The notes under the pieces are model-generated. The model made no database searches. It was given only the letters and a program-made list of their open reading frames with translations, and was not told where the DNA came from. The translations under genes were made by a program, and so were the position numbers. This document shows positions 1-11,410 of a DNA stretch of 19,108 bases, in pieces. The DNA is from a bacterium (GTDB taxonomy: Bacteria > Fidelibacterota > Marinisomatia > Marinisomatales > UBA1611), in the NCBI GenBank assembly GCA_038127595.1, contig JAYPIC010000018.1, forward strand, positions 13,653-32,760, given 5' to 3'. The first letter of the stretch is position 1. Each line of letters starts with the position of its first letter.

Positions 1-2010
1 AATGGTTTATCACAAGTAGACATCGGTGATTTAATGGTTCATGTTTCTCATGGTATTGGTAGGTTTGGTGGGTTGGTGGTTCGTGGCCCCAGCGGTTATG
101 AAAAGGAATATATAAAATTGGAATATAAAGAAGGGGGTGTTCTCTATGTTCCAATAAATAAATCGGATCTCGTTCATAGGTATATAGGCATCGGGGGAAA
201 ATCTAAGTTAAATAAACTTGGAGGAAAAGAATGGTCTCGTGATGTTTCAAAAACAAAAAAAGAATTAGAACTTGTTTCGGACGCTTTAGTTGACATCTAT
301 CATTCAAGAACTAAGCCAAGGGGTTTTCGATATAAAAAGAGTGTTGATTTTGAAAAGGCAATTAAAGCGTCCTTTCCTTTTAAAGAAACAAAAGACCAGA
401 AAAAAGCAATTGGTGATGTTTTATCTGACCTTTCTAATGAAGAACCTATGGATAGGTTGCTTTGTGGAGACGTTGGTTTTGGTAAAACAGAGGTTGCGCT
501 TAGAGCTATTGTTCGAGTGGTTTCTTTTTCAAAACAAGTTGCTTTGTTGTGTCCAACAACTGTTTTATCTGATCAACACTATATAACCGCAAAAGAAAGG
601 CTCGAGCCACTTGGAATATCGGTTGCTCTGCTATCAAGGTTTCAGACAAAGAAAGAACAATCTCGTGTTCTTATGAAAATAATTGATGGTTCAGTTGGGT
701 TGATTGTGGGAACCCACCGTTTATTGTCTGATGATGTTGTAATTCCTTTTTTAGGGTTGTTAATTATTGATGAGGAGCACCGGTTTGGAGTAAAACACAA
801 AGAGAAGATAAGAGCTTTAAAAACAAAAATGGATGTTTTGTCTATGTCTGCAACGCCCATACCTAGAACACTACAACAATCTTTACTAGGAATAAGAGAT
901 ATAAGCAGAATAGAAACGCCACCAACCACAAGAAAACCAATTAATACGTATGTTGAGTTCTTTTCTTGGAAAAGAATAAAACAGATTATAGAAAAAGAAT
1001 TAATTAGAGGTGGTCAAACGTATTTTTTGCACAATAAAGTTGAATCTATTGAATACTATGTGAGAAAAATTCAAGAACTTTTTCCAAGTGAGCGCGTTGA
1101 TTTTATTCATGGACAACAAAATAGTAAAGACCTTGAACAAAATCTTCTTGATTTTTTTGATGGAAAAATTTCAATCTTAGTGTGTAGCACAATCATAGAA
1201 TCCGGTTTAGACGTATCTAATGCAAACTGTATGATAATAAACAACCCTCAAGACCTTGGTTTAAGCCAACTTTATCAAATTCGTGGTCGTGTTGGGCGAG
1301 GGTCTAGACAGGCAGACTGCCACCTATTCATTCCTAAAAAAACAAAACTAAGCGAAAAAGCATATAAAAGACTAAAAACCATCGAAAGGCACACATCTTT
1401 AGGTTCTGGTTACCACATTGCTGCAAATGACTTAGATATTAGAGGTGGTGGTGCTGTTTTTGGGTATAAGCAAAGTGGAGAAATATCAAGGGTTGGTCTT
1501 GAACACTATAATAGCATTTTAAAAACCGCTGTTTCAAAAAAATTAAACAAACCGATTGAACCTAAAGAGGTTGATATATCTTTCTTTGGAAAATCTTTAA
1601 TCCCTATTTATTATGTTTTGGGAGAAACCGAGCGGTTTTCTTTTTATACAAAAATAAACAACGCTTCAACGCTTGAAGACATTAAAAGTGTTGAAGAGGA
1701 GTTAATAGATCGGTTTGGGAAAACACCACAGGAAACAACGAATTTTTTAAATTTAGCAAAACTACGCATCTTATTTAAAAAGACCTTTGCTGTAAGTGTG
1801 TATATAAGAGAAACATCTGTTTCTATTGTTTTAGACAGTGAAATAATTAGCGATGGCTTTATAAATAACGTTTTAACATATAAAAACGATATTATAGAAA
1901 ATCGAAAATTTAAAGAGAGCAAAGAGGGTTTTGTCGTTGACCTCTTTTTTTCTTTAGGTTTTGATTGGTATGAAAATATCAGTAATTCCATTAATTTATT
2001 CAATCGGTAA
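1..2010 (+). CDS. mfd: Transcription-repair coupling factor Mfd (5'-truncated by the window edge)
   Basis: The frame is open from base 1 (NGLSQVDIGDLMVHVSHGIGRF, the CarD-like/RNAP-interaction domain), so the ATG at 34 is internal. SF2 motifs: GDVGFGKT, DEEHRFGV, SATPIPRT, QIRGRVGR. TRG motif DLDIRGGG and a C-terminal TRCF domain (EELIDRFG). Confidence 0.97.
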   Translation, partial: NGLSQVDIGDLMVHVSHGIGRFGGLVVRGPSGYEKEYIKLEYKEGGVLYVPINKSDLVHRYIGIGGKSKLNKLGGKEWSRDVSKTKKELELVSDALVDIYHSRTKPRGFRYKKSVDFEKAIKASFPFKETKDQKKAIGDVLSDLSNEEPMDRLLCGDVGFGKTEVALRAIVRVVSFSKQVALLCPTTVLSDQHYITAKERLEPLGISVALLSRFQTKKEQSRVLMKIIDGSVGLIVGTHRLLSDDVVIPFLGLLIIDEEHRFGVKHKEKIRALKTKMDVLSMSATPIPRTLQQSLLGIRDISRIETPPTTRKPINTYVEFFSWKRIKQIIEKELIRGGQTYFLHNKVESIEYYVRKIQELFPSERVDFIHGQQNSKDLEQNLLDFFDGKISILVCSTIIESGLDVSNANCMIINNPQDLGLSQLYQIRGRVGRGSRQADCHLFIPKKTKLSEKAYKRLKTIERHTSLGSGYHIAANDLDIRGGGAVFGYKQSGEISRVGLEHYNSILKTAVSKKLNKPIEPKEVDISFFGKSLIPIYYVLGETERFSFYTKINNASTLEDIKSVEEELIDRFGKTPQETTNFLNLAKLRILFKKTFAVSVYIRETSVSIVLDSEIISDGFINNVLTYKNDIIENRKFKESKEGFVVDLFFSLGFDWYENISNSINLFNR

Positions 2011-2031
2011 TTACTAATAAATTTTTAAAAC

Positions 2032-2820
2032 ATGGTTTTTCTTTTTCTTTTTCTTGCTTTTTTCTTTTCGTGTACAAAAAACACTAAAGAAGTTGTTGAT
2101 ATTTATGCCCGTGTTGGCGAAACAATATTAACAAAAAAAGAAGTGTTAGAAATGAAAAGAGAAGGTTTGGTTGAACAACACTCTATTAGACACCTTGTTG
2201 ATTCTTGGGTAGAAAAGACTCTTTTTTATAATGAAGCTATTAATATTAATCTAGATAATGACAAAACTCTTTTAAATAAAAGAGATTTGTTTTATAAAAA
2301 TTTATTAATTAGTTCTTTTTTAGAAATAAAAACAAAAAAAGAAATCAAAATATCAAGAAAAGAAGTTTCAGATTATTATAATAATAATAAAAAATCCTTT
2401 ATAAGAAAACAGGATGAAATACTATTAAAACACTTTATACTACCAACAAAAAAAGAAGCTAATAAATTAAAAAGTTTGTTAAAGTCGAATAAAAAAGGAG
2501 ACCAATTAGAAGAATATGTTAAAAAATACAAACCTGAAACAAAAACTATAAAAAGGGGACTTATTAATGAGGGTTTAATTGGTTTTGTTTTTGATGGATC
2601 CATTGGTGATGTTTTGGGTCCCAAAAAAATAGAATCTTCTTATCATATTTTTGATATTTTAAGGAAAAACAATAAAGGAAGTTTTAAAGGTCTTGAAATC
2701 GTTTATGACGAAATCCACCAGCGGCTTTTTAAAATCAAAGAAATGCAACTTTTAAATAATTTTTTAGACAGTCTTTATACAAGTGCTGATATATATATAT
2801 CCCCGGAGGTCGGTAAATGA
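2032..2820 (+). CDS. Putative lipoprotein peptidyl-prolyl isomerase/foldase (degenerate PpiC/parvulin domain)
   Basis: A hydrophobic N-terminus ends in a lipobox-like FFSC (Cys14), followed by a PrsA/SurA-like helical region. Parvulin-like segments: EILLKHFILPTKKEA and GDVLGPKKIESSYHIF. Its stop overlaps the surA start (ATGA). Confidence 0.75.
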   Translation: MVFLFLFLAFFFSCTKNTKEVVDIYARVGETILTKKEVLEMKREGLVEQHSIRHLVDSWVEKTLFYNEAININLDNDKTLLNKRDLFYKNLLISSFLEIKTKKEIKISRKEVSDYYNNNKKSFIRKQDEILLKHFILPTKKEANKLKSLLKSNKKGDQLEEYVKKYKPETKTIKRGLINEGLIGFVFDGSIGDVLGPKKIESSYHIFDILRKNNKGSFKGLEIVYDEIHQRLFKIKEMQLLNNFLDSLYTSADIYISPEVGK

Positions 2821-4091
2821 AATTTTCATTCTTTTTTTTATTTTTAACAATCTTAAAAAGTCAACAACCCACTCTATTTATAGATGGTGTTGCTGCTGTA
2901 GTTGAAAATAATATTGTTTTAAAAAGCGATTTAAATCAAATGGTTAATATGATGGCTTTACAAAGGGGCGTTAACCCAAATGAAAACCTTGATCAATATA
3001 TGAAATTAAAAAATATTGTTTTAGAGTCAATGATTGATCAAAAAATTCTTCTTGAAAAAGCAAAAGAAGACACAACAATTGAATTTTCAGAAAATGAAGT
3101 AAACCAAGCGTTAGACCAACAAATTAACAATATATTAATGCAAACAGGTGGTGAAAAAGAAGCTGAAAAAATGTTAGGCCAAAGTATTAAGTCTTTTAGA
3201 GCTGAGTTTTGGTATGACATGAAGGATAAAATAATATCAGAAAAATATCAACAAAAACTGCTCTCAAAAATAAAAATATCAAAAAAAGAGGTTCTATCTT
3301 TTTTTAATATTTATAGTGATAGCCTTCCATTATTTCCAACCGAAGTAAAATTAAGACATTTGTTAATAAAACCAACACCAAGTGATAGTGCAAAAAAAGA
3401 AACTATGAAGTTTTTAAAAACAATTAAAAAAAGGATTGTTAATGGTGAGAATTTTGAAGAATTGGCAAATAAATATTCTATGGATCCTGGCTCTAAAAAC
3501 AAAGGTGGTAATCTTGGTTGGGTTAAAAGAGGTTCCCTTTTAAAAGAGTTTGAAGAAAAAACATTCACAATAAAAATAAATAGTATTAGTGAACCAATAG
3601 AAACAGATGTTGGTTTTCATATATTAGAGGTTTTTGAAAGAAAAGGAGATAAAGCTCGTGTTAGACACATTCTTATCAGCCCACAAATAGAAAAAAGTGA
3701 CGAAGAGAGAGCTTTTAACTTTTCAAAAACAATAAAAGACTCCTGTACAGATTTAACCTCTTTTAAAAAATTTGTTAAAAAATATTCTAAAGATTATCAA
3801 ACTTCTAGTATTGGTGGAGACCTTGGCTGGATTATCCCAGATCAATATCCTATTAAAGAATTTGGATTGGCTTTAAATTATATAAAAAAAGGAGAGTGTA
3901 GTCCTCCAATTAATACTTCCTATGGTTTTCATTTACTGTGGTTGGAAAAAATTAAAACTGGCGGAAGAGCAAATGTTAAAGATCATTGGCCAAAAATTGA
4001 AGAAATGGCTTTAAATAATAAAAAAATGAATTGGTATAATGCTTGGATAAAAGAAGTTAAAAAAGAAAAATTTATAAAAATATCTGGTTAA
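2817..4091 (+). CDS. surA: SurA-family periplasmic chaperone / peptidyl-prolyl cis-trans isomerase
   Basis: Signal peptide, then SurA N-domain start IDGVAAVVENNIVLKSDL. Two PpiC domains (RHLLI..FEELANKYSMDPGSKNKGGNLGW..GFHIL and RHILI..KYSKD..GGDLGW..YGFHLL). A GGAGG Shine-Dalgarno site lies upstream. Confidence 0.88.
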   Translation: MKFSFFFLFLTILKSQQPTLFIDGVAAVVENNIVLKSDLNQMVNMMALQRGVNPNENLDQYMKLKNIVLESMIDQKILLEKAKEDTTIEFSENEVNQALDQQINNILMQTGGEKEAEKMLGQSIKSFRAEFWYDMKDKIISEKYQQKLLSKIKISKKEVLSFFNIYSDSLPLFPTEVKLRHLLIKPTPSDSAKKETMKFLKTIKKRIVNGENFEELANKYSMDPGSKNKGGNLGWVKRGSLLKEFEEKTFTIKINSISEPIETDVGFHILEVFERKGDKARVRHILISPQIEKSDEERAFNFSKTIKDSCTDLTSFKKFVKKYSKDYQTSSIGGDLGWIIPDQYPIKEFGLALNYIKKGECSPPINTSYGFHLLWLEKIKTGGRANVKDHWPKIEEMALNNKKMNWYNAWIKEVKKEKFIKISG

Positions 4092-4092
4092 G

Positions 4093-4136
4093 ATATCCAC
4101 AATGTTATCCACATAAACATTTATATATGTGAATAA
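4093..4136. promoter_or_regulatory. DnaA-box cluster (two tandem forward boxes and one reverse box)
   Basis: ATATCCACA-ATG-TTATCCACA, then TGTGAATAA. The last two match the TTWTNCACA consensus exactly and the first has one mismatch. Confidence 0.85.
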
Positions 4137-4268
4137 CTAAAATATTTAATTAAAAATCTCTTTTTTATACATTTTTTTCATTTTATACACATTTTATCAC
4201 TTTATGTTTTTCTTTAAGTGTTTTTATTATTTATCTATAAATATTGTTTTTTTTAGGAAAAAATATTT

Positions 4269-4277
4269 TTATCCACA
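4269..4277 (+). promoter_or_regulatory. Perfect DnaA box next to an A/T-rich putative unwinding element
   Basis: TTATCCACA followed by an A-tract and TAATAATAA (4294-4302). Confidence 0.8.
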
Positions 4278-4427
4278 AAAAAACTCATATAAATAATAAT
4301 AAACTATTTTTCAGAGATTAAGGGATAAGATAATATCTTTTAAAAATCTGTCTTTTTTGGTATTTTAAAAGGTTGAATTAATATGTTCTTAATTCATTAA
4401 ATAATATTAATAGAAGCATTAAATTTT

Positions 4428-5534
4428 ATGAAATTTTCCACATCCAAGAGCGAATTACAACAAGCACTTCAAAAACTATCAAAAGCTACACCAACTAGGT
4501 CTACGCTACCTATTCTAAGTTGTGTTTTAATAACAGCAACAAATGAAAAAACTTCTCTTAGAACTACAGATTTAGAATTAACAATTGACTTAGAAATATC
4601 TGTTAGTATTGAAGAAGAAGGATCAGCCGCAATACCTTTAAAACAATTATATGATATTACAAATGAATTATCAGAAACTAGAATTACTATTGTTGCAGAT
4701 ATAAAAAACAAAATTGAAATACGAACAAACTCAGGTTCGTATGATTTAATGGGAAAACAAAAAGAAGAATTTCCAGCTACACCAAAAATAGAAGAAAAAA
4801 ACAAAATAAGTATACAAGGTTCTATATTTAAAGAAATTATTAATTCTACTTTATTTGCAGTTAGTAGAGATGATTTAAAACCGTCTTTAACTGGTGTTTT
4901 ATTTAGGTTTAATGATAATGGTCTAACAGCGGTCGCTACAGATGGACATAGGTTAGTTAAAATAATAAAAGAAGATTATAAAGCAACCTCCTTTACTGGA
5001 GATATTGTAGTACCTAAGAAATTTTTATCATACTTATCTACTTTTTTATCCAATGATGACATTTTGTTGTCAATTGGAGAAACTCATATGACAGCAACAA
5101 TCAAACAAGATACAATTATATCTAGAACAATAAATGAGGTTTTTCCAGATTATGAAAGTGTAATACCAACAGATAATGAAAAAGTTTTAAAAACAGATAA
5201 AAAATCTTTAATAGGTGCGATAAGAAGAGTCTCTATTTTTTCAAATAAATCTACACACCAGGTTGCATTTAATATTTCTAAAGAATCATTAATTGTTCAT
5301 ACAGAAGACCCAGAGTCTAGTTCTAGAGCAAAAGAAGAAATAATTAGTGAGTATGAAGGTGATGATCTCATTATTGGGTATAACGGTGAATATCTAAAAG
5401 ATGTAATTAGTCATATTTCTGGTGAAAATGTTATTATAAGATTAAATACACCTATAAGTGCTACATTATTCACAGGCGAAAAAGAAGAGGATACAAAGAC
5501 AATGTTATTAATGCCTGTTCGTCTAAATAGTTGA
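4428..5534 (+). CDS. dnaN: DNA polymerase III subunit beta (sliding clamp)
   Basis: 368 aa with the motifs TLPILSCVL, TDLE, LTGVLF, VATDGHRL, FPDYESVIP, IGYNGEYLKD and C-terminal LLMPVRL. Confidence 0.98.
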   Translation: MKFSTSKSELQQALQKLSKATPTRSTLPILSCVLITATNEKTSLRTTDLELTIDLEISVSIEEEGSAAIPLKQLYDITNELSETRITIVADIKNKIEIRTNSGSYDLMGKQKEEFPATPKIEEKNKISIQGSIFKEIINSTLFAVSRDDLKPSLTGVLFRFNDNGLTAVATDGHRLVKIIKEDYKATSFTGDIVVPKKFLSYLSTFLSNDDILLSIGETHMTATIKQDTIISRTINEVFPDYESVIPTDNEKVLKTDKKSLIGAIRRVSIFSNKSTHQVAFNISKESLIVHTEDPESSSRAKEEIISEYEGDDLIIGYNGEYLKDVISHISGENVIIRLNTPISATLFTGEKEEDTKTMLLMPVRLNS

Positions 5535-5543
5535 AAAAAATAA

Positions 5544-6645
5544 ATGGAAATCAACAATCTTGAGATGATTTCTTTTAGAAACCACAGAAAAACCAATATC
5601 GATTTTGATCCCGGCTTAACAATTATATGGGGAGAAAATGGCTCTGGAAAAACATCAATTTTAGAAGCTATACACAGTTTGTCTTACGGAAAAAGTTTTA
5701 GAACCAATAATAAAAAAGATTTAATTAAAAAAGGTTCTGATTTTTTCTTTATAAAAGGTTCTTTTAAAAATACGGAAAATTTTAATAATACAGTTTCTCT
5801 ATCTCAAGATATAAAAGGAAATAAAAGAATACAAATTGATAATAAGATTATAAAAAAAAGAAAAGATCTTTTTGGTTTGAACAATGTTGTTGTTTTTTCA
5901 CCTGAAGAAGAAGGTATAACAAAAGGAACATCATTATTTAGAAGAAACTATTTTGATAAAATTTTTTCTATTTGCTCTTATGATTATTTAAACAGTCTTC
6001 TTTTATATAATAAAACAATTAAACAAAGAAACAGTATTCTTAAAAACAATAACTCGTTATTTGAGAGAGAAAAAGAATTAGAAATTTGGGATAAACCATT
6101 TTGTGTTAATGGTTTAAATCTTTGGCAAAAAAGAGAGGTATTTATGAATTCTTTCATTGATCTTTTTTTGAAGACGGTTGCAGATTTTGACAAAAATTTA
6201 CTCTTAAATGTCAAATATGATTTAAAAATAAAAACCAGCAAAGATTTCTTTAAAAAAACAAAAGAAAACAGACATATAGATTTAGTTAAAAAATATACTT
6301 CTTTTGGTCCACACAAAGATGATGTTGCTTTTTTATGGAATAATCAAAAAATAAAAAACCACGGTTCTCAAGGTGAACATAAAATATTTTTAGCACTTTT
6401 AAAAATTACCGAATATATATTTTTATCTAACGAAACAAAAAAAACACCAATTTTTTTAATAGATGATATGTTTGCAAATCTAGATAAAGAAAGAAGTAAA
6501 AAACTTTTAAGATTTATAGAAAAAATAAAAAACGATAATAAAGAAAAAAGTCAAACAATTATTACAACCACAAACATTATAAATATAAAAGAAAACGGTT
6601 TTTTTATGGAATTTGATGATATAAAAAAACACCATCTAGTAAAAA

Positions 6646-6659
<14 letters not shown>
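5544..6659 (+). CDS. recF: DNA replication/repair protein RecF
   Basis: SFRNH, Walker A GENGSGKTSILEAI, KSFRT, RRNYFD, KQRN, GPHKDD, signature GSQGEHK and Walker B LIDDMFANLD. Canonical position after dnaN. Confidence 0.96.
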
Positions 6660-8882
<2,223 letters not shown>

Positions 8883-8891
8883 GGATACAAA

Positions 8892-11408
8892 ATGGTTGAT
8901 ATAAACAGAGACAACACACTACCTAGAGATATTGTAGATGAGATGCGAGAAAGCTATCTCAACTATTCCATGTCTGTAATCGTTTCACGAGCCCTTCCAG
9001 ATGTAAGAGATGGGTTAAAACCTGTTCATAGAAGGATTTTATATGGAATGAGTGAATTAGGCTCTTCCTGGAATAGACCATACAAAAAATCTGCAAGAAT
9101 TGTTGGTGATGTGTTGGGTAAATACCACCCACATGGTGATTCATCTGTATATGATGCTTTAGTTAGAATGGCTCAGTCATTTTCAATGCGATATGAATTG
9201 GTGGATGGGCAAGGAAACTTTGGCTCTGTTGATGGCGACAACGCTGCTGCGATGCGTTATACAGAATCTAGAATGGCAAAGCTTTCTAGTGAAATGTTAA
9301 AAGATTTAGATAAAGAAACTGTTGATTGGACTGTTAATTTTGATGAAACACTTAAAGAACCAACAGTTTTACCAACAACAGTTCCAACGCTGCTTATTAA
9401 CGGGTCTGAAGGAATTGCTGTTGGTATGGCAACAAAAATACCACCACACAACTTAACAGAGATTGTTAATGGCTTGGTTGCCATGATTGAAAACCCTGAG
9501 ATTACAACTGAGGGTATAATGGAGCACATTAAAGGACCTGATTTCCCAACAGCTGGTTTAATTATGGGTGTTGATGGGTTGAGTGATGCTTATAATACTG
9601 GCCGTGGTAAAATAAAAATAAGAGCGCGCGCACACATTGAATCTGCAAAAAACGGAAAAGATAGTGTTGTTATAACAGAACTACCATATCAGTGTAACAA
9701 AGCAAGTTTAGTGGAAAAAATTGCAGACCTTGTAAGAGATAAAAAAATAGTTGGTATTACCGACCTTAGGGATGAATCAGACAAAGATGGCATTAGGGTT
9801 GTGGTTGAAACTAAAAGAGACGCTGTACCCGAAGTGATTTTAAATCAACTATATAAGTTCACACAATTACAAGACACATTTGGTATAATTCTTCTTGCTC
9901 TCGTAAATGGTGTTCCTAAAATAATGCCATTAAAAACGGTTTTAAACCATTTTATCGATTTCAGGCATGATGTTGTTGTAAAAAGAACGCAGTTCGAATT
10001 AAACCAAGCAGAGGCTAGAGCACACATATTAGAAGGTTTAAAAATTGCCCTAGACAACATTGATGCTGTTATAGAGTTAATAAAGGCAAGTAAGAACCCA
10101 GAGGCAGCCAAAGAGGGCCTGATGAACAACTTTAATTTGTCTGAAAAACAAGCCCAGGCAATCCTTGAAATGAGACTTCAAAGACTAACGGGTTTAGAGG
10201 TTAATAAAATATTAGAAGAATACAAAGAATTAATAAAGCTAATTGCCCATTTAAAAAGTATTCTTGAAAATAAAAACCAACGCATGGATATAATTAAAAG
10301 TGAGCTTCTAGAAGTTAGGGAAAACTACGGGGATGAGAGAAGAACGGAGATTATACCTGTTGTTGCAGACTTCTCTATGGAAGATATGATTGCAGAAGAA
10401 GAAGTTGTTATCACTATTACTCACCAAGGTTATATAAAAAGAACAGCTTTAAATACATATAAAACACAGAGACGCGGTGGAAGAGGTGTTCAGGGGGCTG
10501 GTAGTAAAGAGGAGGATTTTGTAGAGCACCTTTTTATAGCAAATACGCATAATTATATGTTGTTTTTTACTGACCGAGGAAAGTGTTTTTGGTTAAAGGT
10601 TTACGATATTCCTCAAGGTGGAAGAGCAACCAGGGGTCGAGCCATTGTTAATCTTATTGGTTGTGACCCAACAGAAAGAGTAGAGGCTTTTGTAAGTGTG
10701 AGTGAATTTAAAGACGACCATTTTATCGTTATGGCAACTAAAAAAGGTGTTGTTAAAAAGACAGTTCTTTCTGCGTATGGTAAGCCAAGAAAAGGCGGTA
10801 TTTATGCTATAGAAATCCGTGAAGACGATCAATTAATTGAGGCGCGGATTACTAATGGAGAGCACGATATTTTACTTGGAACCCACGAAGGTAAGTCTAT
10901 TCGTTTTTCAGAAACAGGGGTAAGACCAAGTGGTAGAAAAACAATGGGTGTTCGTGGAATTAAATTGAGCTCTAAAGATGATTATGTTGTTGGTATGTTG
11001 GTCGTTAAAAGAGAGGGGACAATTCTTGTTGCAACGGAAAAAGGGTATGGGAAAAGGACAGATGTTATTCAGTATCGTACCCAAACGCGTGGAGGAAAGG
11101 GTGTCCTTACCATGAGGTGTACCGACAAAACTGGAAAAATGGTTAAGATAATGGAAGTTGTTGATTCTGATGACTTGATTGTAATCACTGATGCTGGTGT
11201 TTTAATGCGCCAACCCGTGGGCGCAATAAGAACCATTGGTCGTGTTACACAAGGGGTTCGCTTGGTTAAGTTAGATGACGGCAGTATAATTTCATCAATA
11301 ACAAGGGTAATGCAAGAAGCAGAAAAAGCAGAAGAAATAGATAAAGATGAAAAAGATGCGCAAATTGAAATAAACCTTGGAGAAAGTGATAATAAAAACG
11401 AAGGATAA
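8892..11408 (+). CDS. gyrA: DNA gyrase subunit A
   Basis: [26 protein letters not shown], catalytic AAMRYTE, GyrA-box QRRGGRG, beta-pinwheel repeats and an acidic tail. AAGGA lies upstream. Confidence 0.99.
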   Translation: MVDINRDNTLPRDIVDEMRESYLNYSMSVIVSRALPDVRDGLKPVHRRILYGMSELGSSWNRPYKKSARIVGDVLGKYHPHGDSSVYDALVRMAQSFSMRYELVDGQGNFGSVDGDNAAAMRYTESRMAKLSSEMLKDLDKETVDWTVNFDETLKEPTVLPTTVPTLLINGSEGIAVGMATKIPPHNLTEIVNGLVAMIENPEITTEGIMEHIKGPDFPTAGLIMGVDGLSDAYNTGRGKIKIRARAHIESAKNGKDSVVITELPYQCNKASLVEKIADLVRDKKIVGITDLRDESDKDGIRVVVETKRDAVPEVILNQLYKFTQLQDTFGIILLALVNGVPKIMPLKTVLNHFIDFRHDVVVKRTQFELNQAEARAHILEGLKIALDNIDAVIELIKASKNPEAAKEGLMNNFNLSEKQAQAILEMRLQRLTGLEVNKILEEYKELIKLIAHLKSILENKNQRMDIIKSELLEVRENYGDERRTEIIPVVADFSMEDMIAEEEVVITITHQGYIKRTALNTYKTQRRGGRGVQGAGSKEEDFVEHLFIANTHNYMLFFTDRGKCFWLKVYDIPQGGRATRGRAIVNLIGCDPTERVEAFVSVSEFKDDHFIVMATKKGVVKKTVLSAYGKPRKGGIYAIEIREDDQLIEARITNGEHDILLGTHEGKSIRFSETGVRPSGRKTMGVRGIKLSSKDDYVVGMLVVKREGTILVATEKGYGKRTDVIQYRTQTRGGKGVLTMRCTDKTGKMVKIMEVVDSDDLIVITDAGVLMRQPVGAIRTIGRVTQGVRLVKLDDGSIISSITRVMQEAEKAEEIDKDEKDAQIEINLGESDNKNEG

Positions 11409-11410
11409 AA

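Larger units (their letters stand above)
4092..4427. other. Candidate chromosomal replication origin (oriC)
   Basis: The only long intergenic region in the window, extremely AT-rich and directly upstream of dnaN-recF-gyrB. DnaA boxes: ATATCCACA 4093-4101 (1 mismatch), TTATCCACA 4105-4113, TGTGAATAA 4128-4136 (reverse TTATTCACA), TTATACACA 4183-4191, TTATCCACA 4269-4277. Confidence 0.85.

Noticed and set aside
34..36. ATG at 34 as the start of an N-terminally shortened Mfd
   Set aside because: The frame is open to base 1 and the ATG falls inside the CarD-like domain, so this is window truncation.
4092..4427. Intergenic region as a CRISPR array, ncRNA or dnaA pseudogene
   Set aside because: No repeat-spacer periodicity, no GC-rich structured stems and no recognisable DnaA coding remnant. 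The DnaA boxes explain the region better.
5532..5534. Possible TGA recoding (alternative genetic code) in a low-GC genome
   Set aside because: TGA ends dnaN exactly at its expected C-terminus, and all conserved genes are full length in the standard code.
8981..8996. GTTTCACG resembling half of a parS site near the origin
   Set aside because: The second half of the TGTTTCACGTGAAACA palindrome is missing, and the sequence encodes the conserved IVSRAL.
9124..9156. GyrA quinolone-resistance-determining region
   Set aside because: [10 protein letters not shown] keeps Ser and Asp at the positions equivalent to E. coli 83 and 87, so there is no resistance signature.
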